Of a stretch of DNA of 64,000 bases, positions 54,028-63,761 are shown piece after piece. Numbering within the stretch: position 1 is the stretch's first letter; every line of letters begins with the position of its first letter. The position numbers and the translations under genes were made by a program. Under the pieces are notes generated by a model. The model saw nothing but the letters and a program-made list of their open reading frames with translations, was not told the origin of the DNA and ran no database searches. Origin of the DNA: Alphaproteobacteria bacterium (GTDB taxonomy: Bacteria; Pseudomonadota; Alphaproteobacteria; 16-39-46); contig JAGYKM010000001.1 in the NCBI GenBank assembly GCA_018401675.1, positions 105,695 to 169,694 on the forward strand. Direction: 5' to 3'.

Positions 54028-55449
54028 TCAGCTAAAGTCCTTCTGAAGACGCTTACGAACCTCCTCTAGACCCAGGATCTCCATGAGTTCAAAAAGACTG
54101 GGAGAGACCAAAGAACCTGTGAGCAAAAATCTTAAGGGTTGGGCGATATCCTTTAAAAGAATGTCTTGAGAATGGCAAAATGCTTTGATCTCCCGTTCAT
54201 AATCTGTGTGAGACCAAGGAGTGGGGACGGATTTTGTTGCTTCCTCAAGGGTACGGAGTAGTTTTTCAAGAGTTTCAGATGTAGAACAAGTAAGAAAGCT
54301 CTGACCTTTTTCATCATAGGTGAAGGGGGCATCATCCAAATAAAGGGTGCTTGATACTTCTAAGTCGCATAGGGTTTTAGCCCGGGTTTTTAACGAGGGG
54401 AGTCCTTTAGTGAGTCGCATAATCTCTAGGGAAGACAGGGGAGATTTTTTAATATTCTCTAAAGGGGGCGTCAAAAGAGAGAGAAGATGAGACTCGGGCG
54501 TTTTGGCAAGATAATGGGCGTTAAGGTGACTCAATTTGGCCATATCAAATCGAGAAGGAGAACGTCCTACGTGCTCTAAGGAAAACCAAGAGATGGCTTC
54601 ATCTATGGATATGATCTCATCATCCCCATGACTCCATCCAAGCCGCAAGAGGTAGTTAAAAAGAGCTTCAGGAAGAAATCCCATTTCTTTGTAGGCGTCT
54701 ACGCCCAAAGCGCCATGACGTTTTGAGAGTTTGGCGCCATCAGGGCCGTGAATTAAAGGAATGTGGGCAAAGTGGGGAAGATCCCACCCCATAGCTTGGT
54801 AAATCATGATTTGACGAAAGGTATTGGTGAGATGATCGTCGCCACGGATAACGTGGGAAATGGCCATGTCAAAATCATCCACCACCACAGCCAGGAGATA
54901 AGTAGGGGAGCCATCACTGCGCAGGAGAATCATATCATCCAACTGGTTATTGGCTATTTTGATTTCTCCTTGAATTAAGTCCTGAAGCACGGTGTCTCCC
55001 TCTAAGGGAGTCTTCAGCCGAACCACAGGAGGCAAGTCGGAGGGTGGGGGAGCCAAGGCGCTATCGCGCCAAGGGCTGTGATATCTAAAGGACTTATTTT
55101 CCGCTCTTGCGGCTTCTCTTAAGGTGGCAAGCTCTTCAGGCGAGGTATAGCAATAGTAAGCCGCTCCTTTGGCGACTAAGGCGTGAGCTATTTCTTGATG
55201 ACGCTTCGCCCGTTCATATTGAAAAATAGCCTCCCCATCCCAAGAAAGGCCCATCCAAGTGAGCCCACTCAAGATAGCCGTCACGGCCTCAGGCGTTGAG
55301 CGCTCCCTATCCGTATCCTCAACTCTTAGGAGAAACTGACCACCATGATGACGGGCAAAGAGCCAATTGAATAGGGCGGTACGTAGGGATCCAATATGGA
55401 GATATCCTGTGGGAGAAGGGGCAAAACGAGTGATAACAGTCATGGTCAT
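54028..55449 (-). CDS. gltX: Glutamyl-tRNA synthetase
   Basis: 'RFAPSPTGYLHIGSLRTALFNW' (HIGH) and 'KLSKRHGA' (KMSKS). Confidence 0.9.
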   Translation of the reverse strand: MTMTVITRFAPSPTGYLHIGSLRTALFNWLFARHHGGQFLLRVEDTDRERSTPEAVTAILSGLTWMGLSWDGEAIFQYERAKRHQEIAHALVAKGAAYYCYTSPEELATLREAARAENKSFRYHSPWRDSALAPPPSDLPPVVRLKTPLEGDTVLQDLIQGEIKIANNQLDDMILLRSDGSPTYLLAVVVDDFDMAISHVIRGDDHLTNTFRQIMIYQAMGWDLPHFAHIPLIHGPDGAKLSKRHGALGVDAYKEMGFLPEALFNYLLRLGWSHGDDEIISIDEAISWFSLEHVGRSPSRFDMAKLSHLNAHYLAKTPESHLLSLLTPPLENIKKSPLSSLEIMRLTKGLPSLKTRAKTLCDLEVSSTLYLDDAPFTYDEKGQSFLTCSTSETLEKLLRTLEEATKSVPTPWSHTDYEREIKAFCHSQDILLKDIAQPLRFLLTGSLVSPSLFELMEILGLEEVRKRLQKDFS

Positions 55450-55667
55450 TCCTTAGAAAATCTGATGGATGGGGCGCCTATAAAAGCATTCACACTGAAG
55501 ACAAGGATAAACTTAGATGCACACCATAGTTTATGACCTATGGGTTAATTCTTAAAAAAGCGCCGAGAAGACACTCTTGTCAATTCCCAAAAAATACCTT
55601 AGAGAACAAATACGATAAAAATGTATTTATTATTAATCTTATAGTAAATTCATCGAAGGAATAGGGG

Positions 55668-57683
55668 TTGACCATGATAGATTATTGGAAAAAGAGACTC
55701 CACCCAGAGGCCAATCGATTTTTTTTATGGGGACCTGTCATTTTTGGGATGGGTATAAGTGGGTATTTCTTATGGCCTTTTGAGCCGACGTTGATGGGGG
55801 TAGGGGTGGTATGGACTATTTCTGCAAGTCTTGCTTTTTTAAGTCTTAAAATCAGAAGATCATGGATATGCTTGTGGATAATTGTGTTCTTAAGTGTATC
55901 GGGGTTTTCTTGTATAACCTTGAGGACCTCTTTAATAGGCACAGTACTGGTGCAAGATGCCCAGTGGATTCGTTTGGAAAAAGCATATATTGAATCAATG
56001 GTGCAAAGAGCGAGTGGCTGGCATGCTGATGTGGTGATTGAGAAGTTCACTCCCTACAATATAGGGCATCAAAAGGCGCGAAGAGGTATAAAAGAAAAGA
56101 CACAAGAACGGGCCTTCAAGAAAACCTGGGTTGGGTATTTCAAGAAACCCCATTCTTATGGGGTGGGAGGAACCCCTTCAGCTCGAAACTTAAAAATACG
56201 TGTTTTTATGAAATCCATGCCGCCTTTTGTTCAAGGAAATTCAATAACGGGTGGAATGCACATAATGCCTTTGCCAGAGGCGAATTGCTTTGGAGGATTT
56301 TCTTTGAGACGGCAAGCTTACTACAGCAAATTGGCGGGCTATGGATTTTTTAAGGGTAGGCCCACAGTAGACCTTACTAGGAAACAGGCTAATAAAGAGA
56401 GTTTTTTCTCCCGGAAACGGCAAGCCATTACGCACCATCTTAAAGAAGCGCTTTCTCCTGTGCAATCTGCCATTGGAGAAGCGCTTATTACGGGAAACCG
56501 TTATGGTATTCCACAAAAGTTAGTGGATGACTTCAGTATCTCAGGCTTATCTCATGTCTTGGCGATATCGGGGCTTCATATGAGCTTGATTGCCGCTCTT
56601 ATTTTCTTTGTCATCCAAAGGGTTTTAAACGTTTCTCGATCCGTATATGTAGTGGTTTATGGCCCTAAATTATTGGTGTTTTTGACAGGTGGGGCCTCTT
56701 TTATGTATTTGGGATTATCTGGGTTTAGCTTGTCCGCTTTGCGGGCTTTTTTGATGACGTGTTTGGTTCTCTTGGCGTTCTTGCGCTATGGATGGGTAAT
56801 TTCTTTGCGCAGCGTGGCGATAGCCGCATGGGCTATTTTGATCTGTCTTCCAGAAAGTTTAATGAATCCCAGTTTTTCTCTTTCTTTTGCGGCGGTGACA
56901 GGACTTATTGGCGGATATGAAACGATCAAGATGCCCGTTTTTTTAAAAAAAGAACTTCATAGATCGAAGGTGGTGAAAAGATTCTTTTACAAAATCCTAG
57001 GGTATGGGAGTGGAATTTTTGTGTCCTCTTGTATCGCAAGCATAAGCACCCTTCCCCTTTTGCTTTTTTATTTTCATACCTTCTCAGCCCAAGGGCTTGT
57101 CTCAAATTTTATTGGGATACCCTTGGTGGCTTTTTGGATTCTTCCTTGGGGTTTTTTAGGCACTTTAGTATGCCCTATAGGACTTCACATATATCCTTAC
57201 AAGCTCATGGGACTGGGCATAGACCTTCTTGTCTTCTTTATTCAAGTGATGGCAAAGATCCCCGGGATGACTGTGGTGGTGCCTCATCCTCCCGATGGAT
57301 TCTTGATCGGATCCGTGTTGGGAGGGGCTTGGTTTATTATATGGAAGACACCGTGGCGGAGGGTAGGGTTATTAGGGCCATGTGTGGGGGTGTTTCTTTG
57401 GATTTTTCAAACCTATCCCACACTTATTATCATACCAGACGTCTGTATGATTGGTTTTAAAGATAAAAGTACCCTTTGGGTGGGGGATTTTTCAAAAATT
57501 CAACCAACTACTTTTAAAAAAACCCCGGGGTCATCCGAGAGGATTTTGGATCAGTGGAAAAGGGCTTTAGGATGCACCAACGTCAAGCCTTTAAAGGTTT
57601 GTGGGTCACAAAATTCCCAAGACCCTTGTTATAGATTATCCCAGATATCTTCTCCAAAACCTATAAAGTCACCCTCTCGATAG
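55668..57683 (+). CDS. comEC: ComEC/Rec2-family DNA internalisation-related membrane protein (DUF4131 + competence domain), lacking a C-terminal metallo-beta-lactamase domain
   Basis: Polytopic membrane protein with the competence-domain motif 'ISGLSHVLAISGLHMSLIAALIFF' and an OB-fold-like insert. No HxHxDH motif is present. Confidence 0.65.
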   Translation: MTMIDYWKKRLHPEANRFFLWGPVIFGMGISGYFLWPFEPTLMGVGVVWTISASLAFLSLKIRRSWICLWIIVFLSVSGFSCITLRTSLIGTVLVQDAQWIRLEKAYIESMVQRASGWHADVVIEKFTPYNIGHQKARRGIKEKTQERAFKKTWVGYFKKPHSYGVGGTPSARNLKIRVFMKSMPPFVQGNSITGGMHIMPLPEANCFGGFSLRRQAYYSKLAGYGFFKGRPTVDLTRKQANKESFFSRKRQAITHHLKEALSPVQSAIGEALITGNRYGIPQKLVDDFSISGLSHVLAISGLHMSLIAALIFFVIQRVLNVSRSVYVVVYGPKLLVFLTGGASFMYLGLSGFSLSALRAFLMTCLVLLAFLRYGWVISLRSVAIAAWAILICLPESLMNPSFSLSFAAVTGLIGGYETIKMPVFLKKELHRSKVVKRFFYKILGYGSGIFVSSCIASISTLPLLLFYFHTFSAQGLVSNFIGIPLVAFWILPWGFLGTLVCPIGLHIYPYKLMGLGIDLLVFFIQVMAKIPGMTVVVPHPPDGFLIGSVLGGAWFIIWKTPWRRVGLLGPCVGVFLWIFQTYPTLIIIPDVCMIGFKDKSTLWVGDFSKIQPTTFKKTPGSSERILDQWKRALGCTNVKPLKVCGSQNSQDPCYRLSQISSPKPIKSPSR

Positions 57684-57918
57684 GGGGCCTTGGCTCAAAT
57701 AAGAATCGAAGGACAGTAAGTATAGACTTTAAGAAGGGGAAACTCAACTTTAGAAGGTGTCCACAGGGCAATAAGGGAGGCAAGAAATCTCAAGATAAGA
57801 AAGTCCTAACTTTTAGGATTACCAAGGAGGGGTATTTACAAGAGTGGGTACCGCCGGGATGGACCATAGGAAAAAGACCTTGGGACAGAAAAGGTAAGAG
57901 TTTATGAATTTTTGTGAC

Positions 57919-58353
57919 TCAGATAGCGGGATGATGGGGTGTAAAAACTGTGGGCCAGCAGGTTTCGGTATCTGTGAGATAAAGGGGAGTCTGGCAGGTG
58001 ATAAGGCGCAAGGCCTTATCACCTGCGAAGGTAAATACTAGGGTGTCACGTTCTTGTGATAAAGTGAGCAACACCAGCTGCTCTTCTGGATTACTAGCGT
58101 CGATGGAGTATCTTTGGAGATGAGAAATTTTTGGAATATGGAGGTGGCTTATAATGCGGAGATTATTGTCTGGGGTGCTTGAAGAAGAGGCGCGATGGTA
58201 TCGATATAAAACCATGGTAAAAGTTTCTGAGATTAAATCATGAACAAGCCCCACAGATGGAACCAAAGCATCTTGAAGCAAAGCAGACATAATTTCTATA
58301 TCTTCAAGAGTCTCTGCCTTGATTTTTAGTAAAGAGGGGGTGCTTTTTTTCAT
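57919..58353 (-). CDS. Hypothetical protein (144 aa)
   Basis: ORF with good coding periodicity; no recognisable motif. Confidence 0.3.
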   Translation of the reverse strand: MKKSTPSLLKIKAETLEDIEIMSALLQDALVPSVGLVHDLISETFTMVLYRYHRASSSSTPDNNLRIISHLHIPKISHLQRYSIDASNPEEQLVLLTLSQERDTLVFTFAGDKALRLITCQTPLYLTDTETCWPTVFTPHHPAI

Positions 58354-58643
58354 GGCAATCTTTCATTAAGAGAAATTAGCGAGATATGGTTGAGTACTAA
58401 GTTCTGCTGTCCAGTTCACAACTATTTCAAAGAATAATACCTCTGGAAGGGGAAGGTAAGGTGAGTGAATGCCTCTTTTGAACGAGAGGAAAAATGGAGT
58501 GCAAAAGACAGCTCCTGCATTTTTCTTATGGAATTAAAATACCATAGATTTAAGGGTAATGGTGAATTTTTAGAGTGATTGGGATTATCTAGGGGACCGG
58601 TGAATGGAAGGACCTCATCCTGGATAGGCCTCGGTCTTTTTTT

Positions 58644-59342
58644 TTATTTTCTTTTGGGATTAAGGTCATTGGTGTCGGGGGTATGGTCTATGAGTAAGGG
58701 AACCGGCGTACTTTCTACGCCGTGGTTTTTTTGTATGATGGTGTGGAAGAGTTGATTATGAAAAATTTGTTGGTTTAAAATATAGGACTGATGATTTACT
58801 GATACTTCAAAGGGTTCTTGGGTGGTAAACCGATCTAGGTAGATGTCCCAATGGGTCTTTAGAGCTTGAGGAAGGCCCAGTCCGCGGGATTTAGCTAAGG
58901 CTTCCTTGGCGGTCCAAAGAGCATAAAAACCAAGAGGACCTTTTTTTTCTACGTACTGAGCTTCTTTTTTGGAAAAACCCCAGTGAGCGATTTTTTCGTA
59001 AGGCCTCGTGAGGCTCATGTCTTCAATATCTATGGCACAGGGGAAAGAATAGGAAGACAACAACACGCTCACCCAAGATTGGGAGTGGCTCACACTGATA
59101 TCTGGGAGGCTGGGGGTTTCGGATGAGGGGGCCCATAAATAGGGTTGTCCAGAATTTGCATGTTTAATGACCACTTCTTGTGCTTGGCTTTTTGAAAGCA
59201 AAGGAAAGTGGGTGAGGAGACCTTGGGTGAGGACATGAGCGCGCTGGCGGAGAAGAAATCGGGAGGGACGAAAGGATTTTATAGTGGCACTGCAGTTTGT
59301 TGGTTGCGCAAGGCGACCTAAGGCCACCACAATATTTGACAT
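58644..59342 (-). CDS. 4'-phosphopantetheinyl transferase (Sfp/EntD-type)
   Basis: 'FPCAIDIE' (Mg-binding) and 'WTAKEALAKSRGLGL' (W/KEA motif) are characteristic of Sfp-type PPTases. Confidence 0.65.
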   Translation of the reverse strand: MSNIVVALGRLAQPTNCSATIKSFRPSRFLLRQRAHVLTQGLLTHFPLLSKSQAQEVVIKHANSGQPYLWAPSSETPSLPDISVSHSQSWVSVLLSSYSFPCAIDIEDMSLTRPYEKIAHWGFSKKEAQYVEKKGPLGFYALWTAKEALAKSRGLGLPQALKTHWDIYLDRFTTQEPFEVSVNHQSYILNQQIFHNQLFHTIIQKNHGVESTPVPLLIDHTPDTNDLNPKRK

Positions 59343-59479
59343 GAATAGACTTCCAAGAGTAGAGTGAGACCGGAAACGAAGGGGTGGTATTTCTGCCCGT
59401 AGGTGGTCAGAAAACTTGGGCAGTGGTTCTATTTCTAAGAGTGCAGATAACCATACCTTGGCAAAAAAGGAAACGAAAA

Positions 59480-59650
59480 ATGAACCTTAGACAAACAGTC
59501 AAAAGAATAGGACTGAGTTCAGTCATAATGGTCAGTCTCGGAGGTTGTGGGCATAAAACAGTGCCTATTAGGGCCTTTGATCAAGGATCGCCTTACACAG
59601 CTTCTGTGTTGTCTTTGCAAGAATTTGGAAACCGTATCCAATTCGCTTAA
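59480..59650 (+). CDS. Putative small lipoprotein (56 aa)
   Basis: 'MNLRQTVKRIGLSSVIMVSLGGC' is a lipobox-type signal (L-G-G-C). Confidence 0.3.
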   Translation: MNLRQTVKRIGLSSVIMVSLGGCGHKTVPIRAFDQGSPYTASVLSLQEFGNRIQFA

Positions 59651-59868
59651 TAATTGTACCAAAAGTATGACAACATATATGAGTCATAATTTTTAACGTT
59701 GTTGTGCACAAAAGGGCAGTCAGGTAAGGACTGGGAATAGGTATCGAGACGGCCGTTTGGCCCATAGGGACTAAAGAAGGGACTTTTTGTCCGCCCCAAG
59801 AAGAAATTAGGTTGCCAAGAGGTGGCCAAGGGCGTCGATTGTCAGCTTTGGGAAAACTGAATTCTTAA

Positions 59869-60195
59869 GGCCATGGAACAGCCACTGAATATGGTGATAT
59901 TGCTGAAAGCCAAGCTACCTATAAGGTCTTTGGACAGAAAGTTCCTTTTCATTCACTGAAAAGCTACTTTGGGCATACCTTAGGCGCTTGTGGCGCTCTA
60001 GAAGCTTGGCTGGGGATTGAGATGCTCCATGACCACTGGTGGGCGCCTACTCTTAACTTAGAGACCGTAGATCCTCGCTGTTCTGAGTTGGACTATGTGA
60101 CCAAAACTGGTAGGACTTTAGTCCTCGATACATTTATGACGAATAATTTTGCTTTCGGGGGCATAAACACCAGTTTGATATTCTCAAAAAGGTGA
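59869..60195 (+). pseudogene. 3'-terminal fragment (~108 aa) of a beta-ketoacyl-ACP synthase (FabF/KAS II-like); N-terminal ~300 aa absent
   Basis: Translation 'HGTATEYGDIAESQATYKVFGQ...SLKSYFGHTLGACGALEAWLGIEMLHDHWWAPTLNLETVDPRC..DYV...NNFAFGGINTSLIF' matches the KS C-terminal His-Gly-Thr / Lys / His motifs. An in-frame stop lies immediately upstream. Confidence 0.7.
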
Positions 60196-60280
60196 GTGGA
60201 ATCTAGGTGCGATATGCCAATTTTCATAGCTTGAAAATCCACTATATCTTTTCGGCTTCAAAAACCCGTCACGGGATCCC

Positions 60281-61366
60281 TTAAAGAAGGTTCTTCGGGA
60301 GCATTTTGTAAATAAGAGGGTTTTTAGCATAAAGTTCTTGAAACTCTTTTTTGTAGATAGGCTCGCTCAAGGTTATATCCATCTTGGATACAACCTGTGG
60401 CGTCGTGGCCCATAAGAAAGAGCCTAACCCACCCAAGAGGGGGAGCACATTATCAAGGTTTTCCGCTGCCGGTCCGACGACCTCAAACTCTATGGCATAT
60501 CCTTCACCTTCAAAAATAGAACGGATAATAGCCTGTTGGTAATCCACATGAGGTTGATTAGAGACAAAGACAATGCGACGTATATCTGGATGTTGTTTTA
60601 ACCAAGAGATCAGGTCTAACATCGTGGTTTGAGTGGTGGGTCGAGGAAGATCTCCGGCAGGTGTATCGATAAGGATGAAGGGGAGATTTCTTTGTGATAA
60701 GGGGGAGTCATAGTACAAAGCTTCACCTAATTGGGCCTCAGTCAACAAACGCCAATCATTTTTTCCCATAGCTTGCGCCAAATCATGGAGCGTTTCTTTT
60801 GATCCATCTACGTCAAGGGTGACATACCGCTCTCCTGACAAGAGGATAATGGTACTAGGCGTAAGGCCTTGATCAATTAGAGCATCAACGTAGGCTATCC
60901 GTTCAGCCATCCGATTCCTAGTAGCGCCCAGAATGCAAATAGCATCAGGGTTCTTTATCGTAGGATCTCTAGCGGCCACAAATCCTAAAATAGTGAGATC
61001 TTTTAATACGCTTGAAGTGTTTTTCTCCATCCAAGCTAAAGGTTTTACTTCCCACCGTTCTTGGGTTCCCGTCCGCACCGTAAATTTAGCCTGGGTTTCT
61101 TTTACTAAAGTTAGAAGGTTTTGGATAAGGTGAGATTGTTTTTTTCCACAAGAAAAAGTATCTCTCCACTGAGACTGGTCTATATGAATGTTGGCTTTTT
61201 GGAGAAGGTTATCCAAGGTTTCTTTTTGTTCAGTTGAAGCGAATCCATAACAGGTAAGGGCATCATTCCAGGTATATTTGTTATAATAATGATAAGAGAT
61301 ACCCACGGCTAAAATGCTGGCGATAAGAAATAACCCTAAAAAGAATCTAGTAGAATATTTGCGCAT
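60281..61366 (-). CDS. Membrane-anchored hypothetical protein, possibly DUF218/YdcF(ElyC)-like
   Basis: N-terminal TM 'FFLGLFLIASILAVGI'. 'AICILGA' and 'RIVFVSNQPHVDYQ' resemble DUF218 motifs (VVLGG...LVTSxxHMxRA). Weak. Confidence 0.3.
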   Translation of the reverse strand: MRKYSTRFFLGLFLIASILAVGISYHYYNKYTWNDALTCYGFASTEQKETLDNLLQKANIHIDQSQWRDTFSCGKKQSHLIQNLLTLVKETQAKFTVRTGTQERWEVKPLAWMEKNTSSVLKDLTILGFVAARDPTIKNPDAICILGATRNRMAERIAYVDALIDQGLTPSTIILLSGERYVTLDVDGSKETLHDLAQAMGKNDWRLLTEAQLGEALYYDSPLSQRNLPFILIDTPAGDLPRPTTQTTMLDLISWLKQHPDIRRIVFVSNQPHVDYQQAIIRSIFEGEGYAIEFEVVGPAAENLDNVLPLLGGLGSFLWATTPQVVSKMDITLSEPIYKKEFQELYAKNPLIYKMLPKNLL

Positions 61367-61466
61367 TCATTACTCTCCTTACAATTATGATATCTATATC
61401 TTGTCTGTTGATAAAATTCAAGAAGTTATGGGTGGGCCCTTTAGGGGAGGGCGTCAGCCATGAGAG

Positions 61467-62429
61467 TTAATCTATACCGCTATGGGAGCTTTGCGATTTA
61501 TCTATAAGGGAAGTGAGTTTTTTATTTTCATGGTGAATCACGTAAAAACCTGCCCCAATAATGACGACACTTCCTAATATAGTGATGCCATCTGGAACTT
61601 CTCCCCAAAATAGAAAGCCAAAAAGAACGCTCCATAAAATAGAGGAAAAAATCATAGGGGCTAAGGTAGCTGCAGGGGCATAAGTAACAGCTCTGGTGAT
61701 GCAAAGTTGGCCCATAAGTGCTGCTACGCTTTGTCCGAGAAAACAACCGGCATCTCCCCAACTGGTGATGGGGACCCATCCTTGAAGGAAAAGAAGAATG
61801 CATACCATGGGGAAAGCGAATAAAGCATAACAGTAAATAATAGTATTCATGGGCATCTTTTTAATGAGGAGCTTGGGGGAAATCAAAACGAAAGCATCCA
61901 TCAAGGCCCCGAGAAGAACCACGTAAGAAGCTATATGGACTAAATTGAACAATGTGTGACTGGGTCTAAGGATAATAAGAATGCCCACAAATCCCAATCC
62001 CAGAGCAATCCATTGAGATCCGGAAATTTTTTCCTTGAGAATAGGGATAGCTAGGAGATTAACAAAAAAGATGCCAGAAAAGAGGAGAACCGAAACAGTG
62101 CCTAAAGGCAGATTTTGAACACCATATGCAATACTCCACAAAGAGAGAGCCGCCAGAAGACCTCTAAGGAGTAATAGTCCTTTTGAGGGCACGGACCATA
62201 GAGTTCGCAAGGTAATTTTGTTTTTTCCAAAAAAAGTCATAGGTGTTAAAAGAGCTATGAAAAATACGAATCGCACAAAAAGGATCTCAGCGATGGGAAA
62301 AGAAGTGGCAAGCGTTTTTATGAAAACATTGGCACAGATAAAGAAAAAAATCGCGCCCAGCATCAAGCTGATGCCGTAGATAAAAGATTTTTGACGCAAA
62401 GTGAAGATACGTTTTATGAAAAGCGGCAT
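61467..62429 (-). CDS. EamA/DMT-superfamily transporter (10 TM)
   Basis: Two EamA repeats with typical hydrophobic periodicity; 320 aa. Confidence 0.6.
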   Translation of the reverse strand: MPLFIKRIFTLRQKSFIYGISLMLGAIFFFICANVFIKTLATSFPIAEILFVRFVFFIALLTPMTFFGKNKITLRTLWSVPSKGLLLLRGLLAALSLWSIAYGVQNLPLGTVSVLLFSGIFFVNLLAIPILKEKISGSQWIALGLGFVGILIILRPSHTLFNLVHIASYVVLLGALMDAFVLISPKLLIKKMPMNTIIYCYALFAFPMVCILLFLQGWVPITSWGDAGCFLGQSVAALMGQLCITRAVTYAPAATLAPMIFSSILWSVLFGFLFWGEVPDGITILGSVVIIGAGFYVIHHENKKLTSLIDKSQSSHSGID

Positions 62430-62461
62430 GGGTGCATTTCCAAAAGAAGTAATAAGAGGTT

Positions 62462-63689
62462 TTAAGAGATATTTGCTGTAGAATTTTTCCCGTTGATAAT
62501 CCGCTCTAAAACCATGAGGGGCGTTAGAGGAGAAGGTTCAGCCAACCCTTGATGATAGAGGACTGTGGAGGGTGTAAGGGCTGGGAGTGAATTGGCCTCA
62601 ATGACGATAATCTGGTCAGTGGATGGATTCACAAAACAATCTATGCGGGCATAGTTTATTCCCAAGGCACGGCTATTTTGATAGCGGCTTGTTTGATTTT
62701 GACAAGCGACTCTGGTGAGATCAGGGTGGAGGTGGCGGGGTAATATTCGTACCCGTACCTCCTTGAAACTTTTCTTCTACATTGAGAACCTGATTTGATG
62801 AAACCGTCAGGCTAGGATTAAGGGCGTGGTAGGCTCCATGGGATTCAAATACGGCAATAGTGATCTCCATCCATCCTGAGCGGGGCGTATGGACCAGGGT
62901 GCATCCAGATACTGTGAGTCCATCGGTTTGTAAGAATGGTTCTAGCACATAGGCACTCTGGGAAGCTGTGGAGCTTAATTCTATAATACTTTCTTGGCCC
63001 TTAAAGCTATGGATAGGAATACAAGAAGCCCCTTTGTGAACCAGGTTCATATAAGTTGTAAGATCTTCACTAGACTCTAGAGGAACGATGCCGGAAGAGC
63101 ATCCATCATGTTGGGGCTTAATAATGTAAGGAGGGAGACCTAAGTGATTTTGCAGAGCTGCCCAGTAGGAAGCGATTTTTTCTGGCGTAGGGTTTTTAAA
63201 GGTGGAAGCATGAAGCACATATTTGGGGAGAGCGATGAGGGCAGGATCTGCTATGTGGTTAATGACGTTACCAGTTTCTAGCTTATCCATGCATAAGTGT
63301 GAGGCTTTTTCTCCTGACCCGTTATAAGGAAGACCCGCTAGATCCAACATTTTTTGCCAAGTTCCATTCTCTCCAGAACCGCCATGAAGCGCGATGAAGA
63401 CGAAAGCATGGGCCTTTAGGGCTTTATCCATAAATTCTTCCACGGATATCTTTTCTAAAGAAGCCAAGACAGGGGTTGGATCAAGGCCTAAACGGGTCCT
63501 AATGGTATCCACATAAATATGAGCATCATGAGAATGCCCCAGGCATTTTTTATAGATTTCCTCTACCGTGTGATGAAGACAATAGGCATAGGGAATTTGC
63601 CATAAAAACCCATCGGGATCTAAGAAAAAAGGAGTAGGTTCGTAGCGAGAGGAACGCATGAGTTTTAGCCATACATTGGTTCCGCTCAT
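62462..63689 (-). pseudogene. Ddl-like ATP-grasp ligase (D-Ala-D-Ala ligase family paralog), split by a frameshift near 62700-62725
   Basis: N/central 'VFIALHGGSGENGTWQKMLDLAGLPYNGSG' and 'YIIKPQHDGCSSGIVPLES' match Ddl motifs. The C-terminal ORF 'GINYARIDCFVNPSTDQIIVIEANSLPALTPSTVLY' is in another frame; the alternative-frame read-through 'PDLTRVACQNQTSRYQNSRALGINYARIDCF' restores continuity. Confidence 0.6.
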
Positions 63690-63761
63690 TACAGAAACTT
63701 GTCGTTCAGCGGTATTCCCTCCAAAAACTACCCAGACCGCATCATGTTTGGATGTGGTGGG

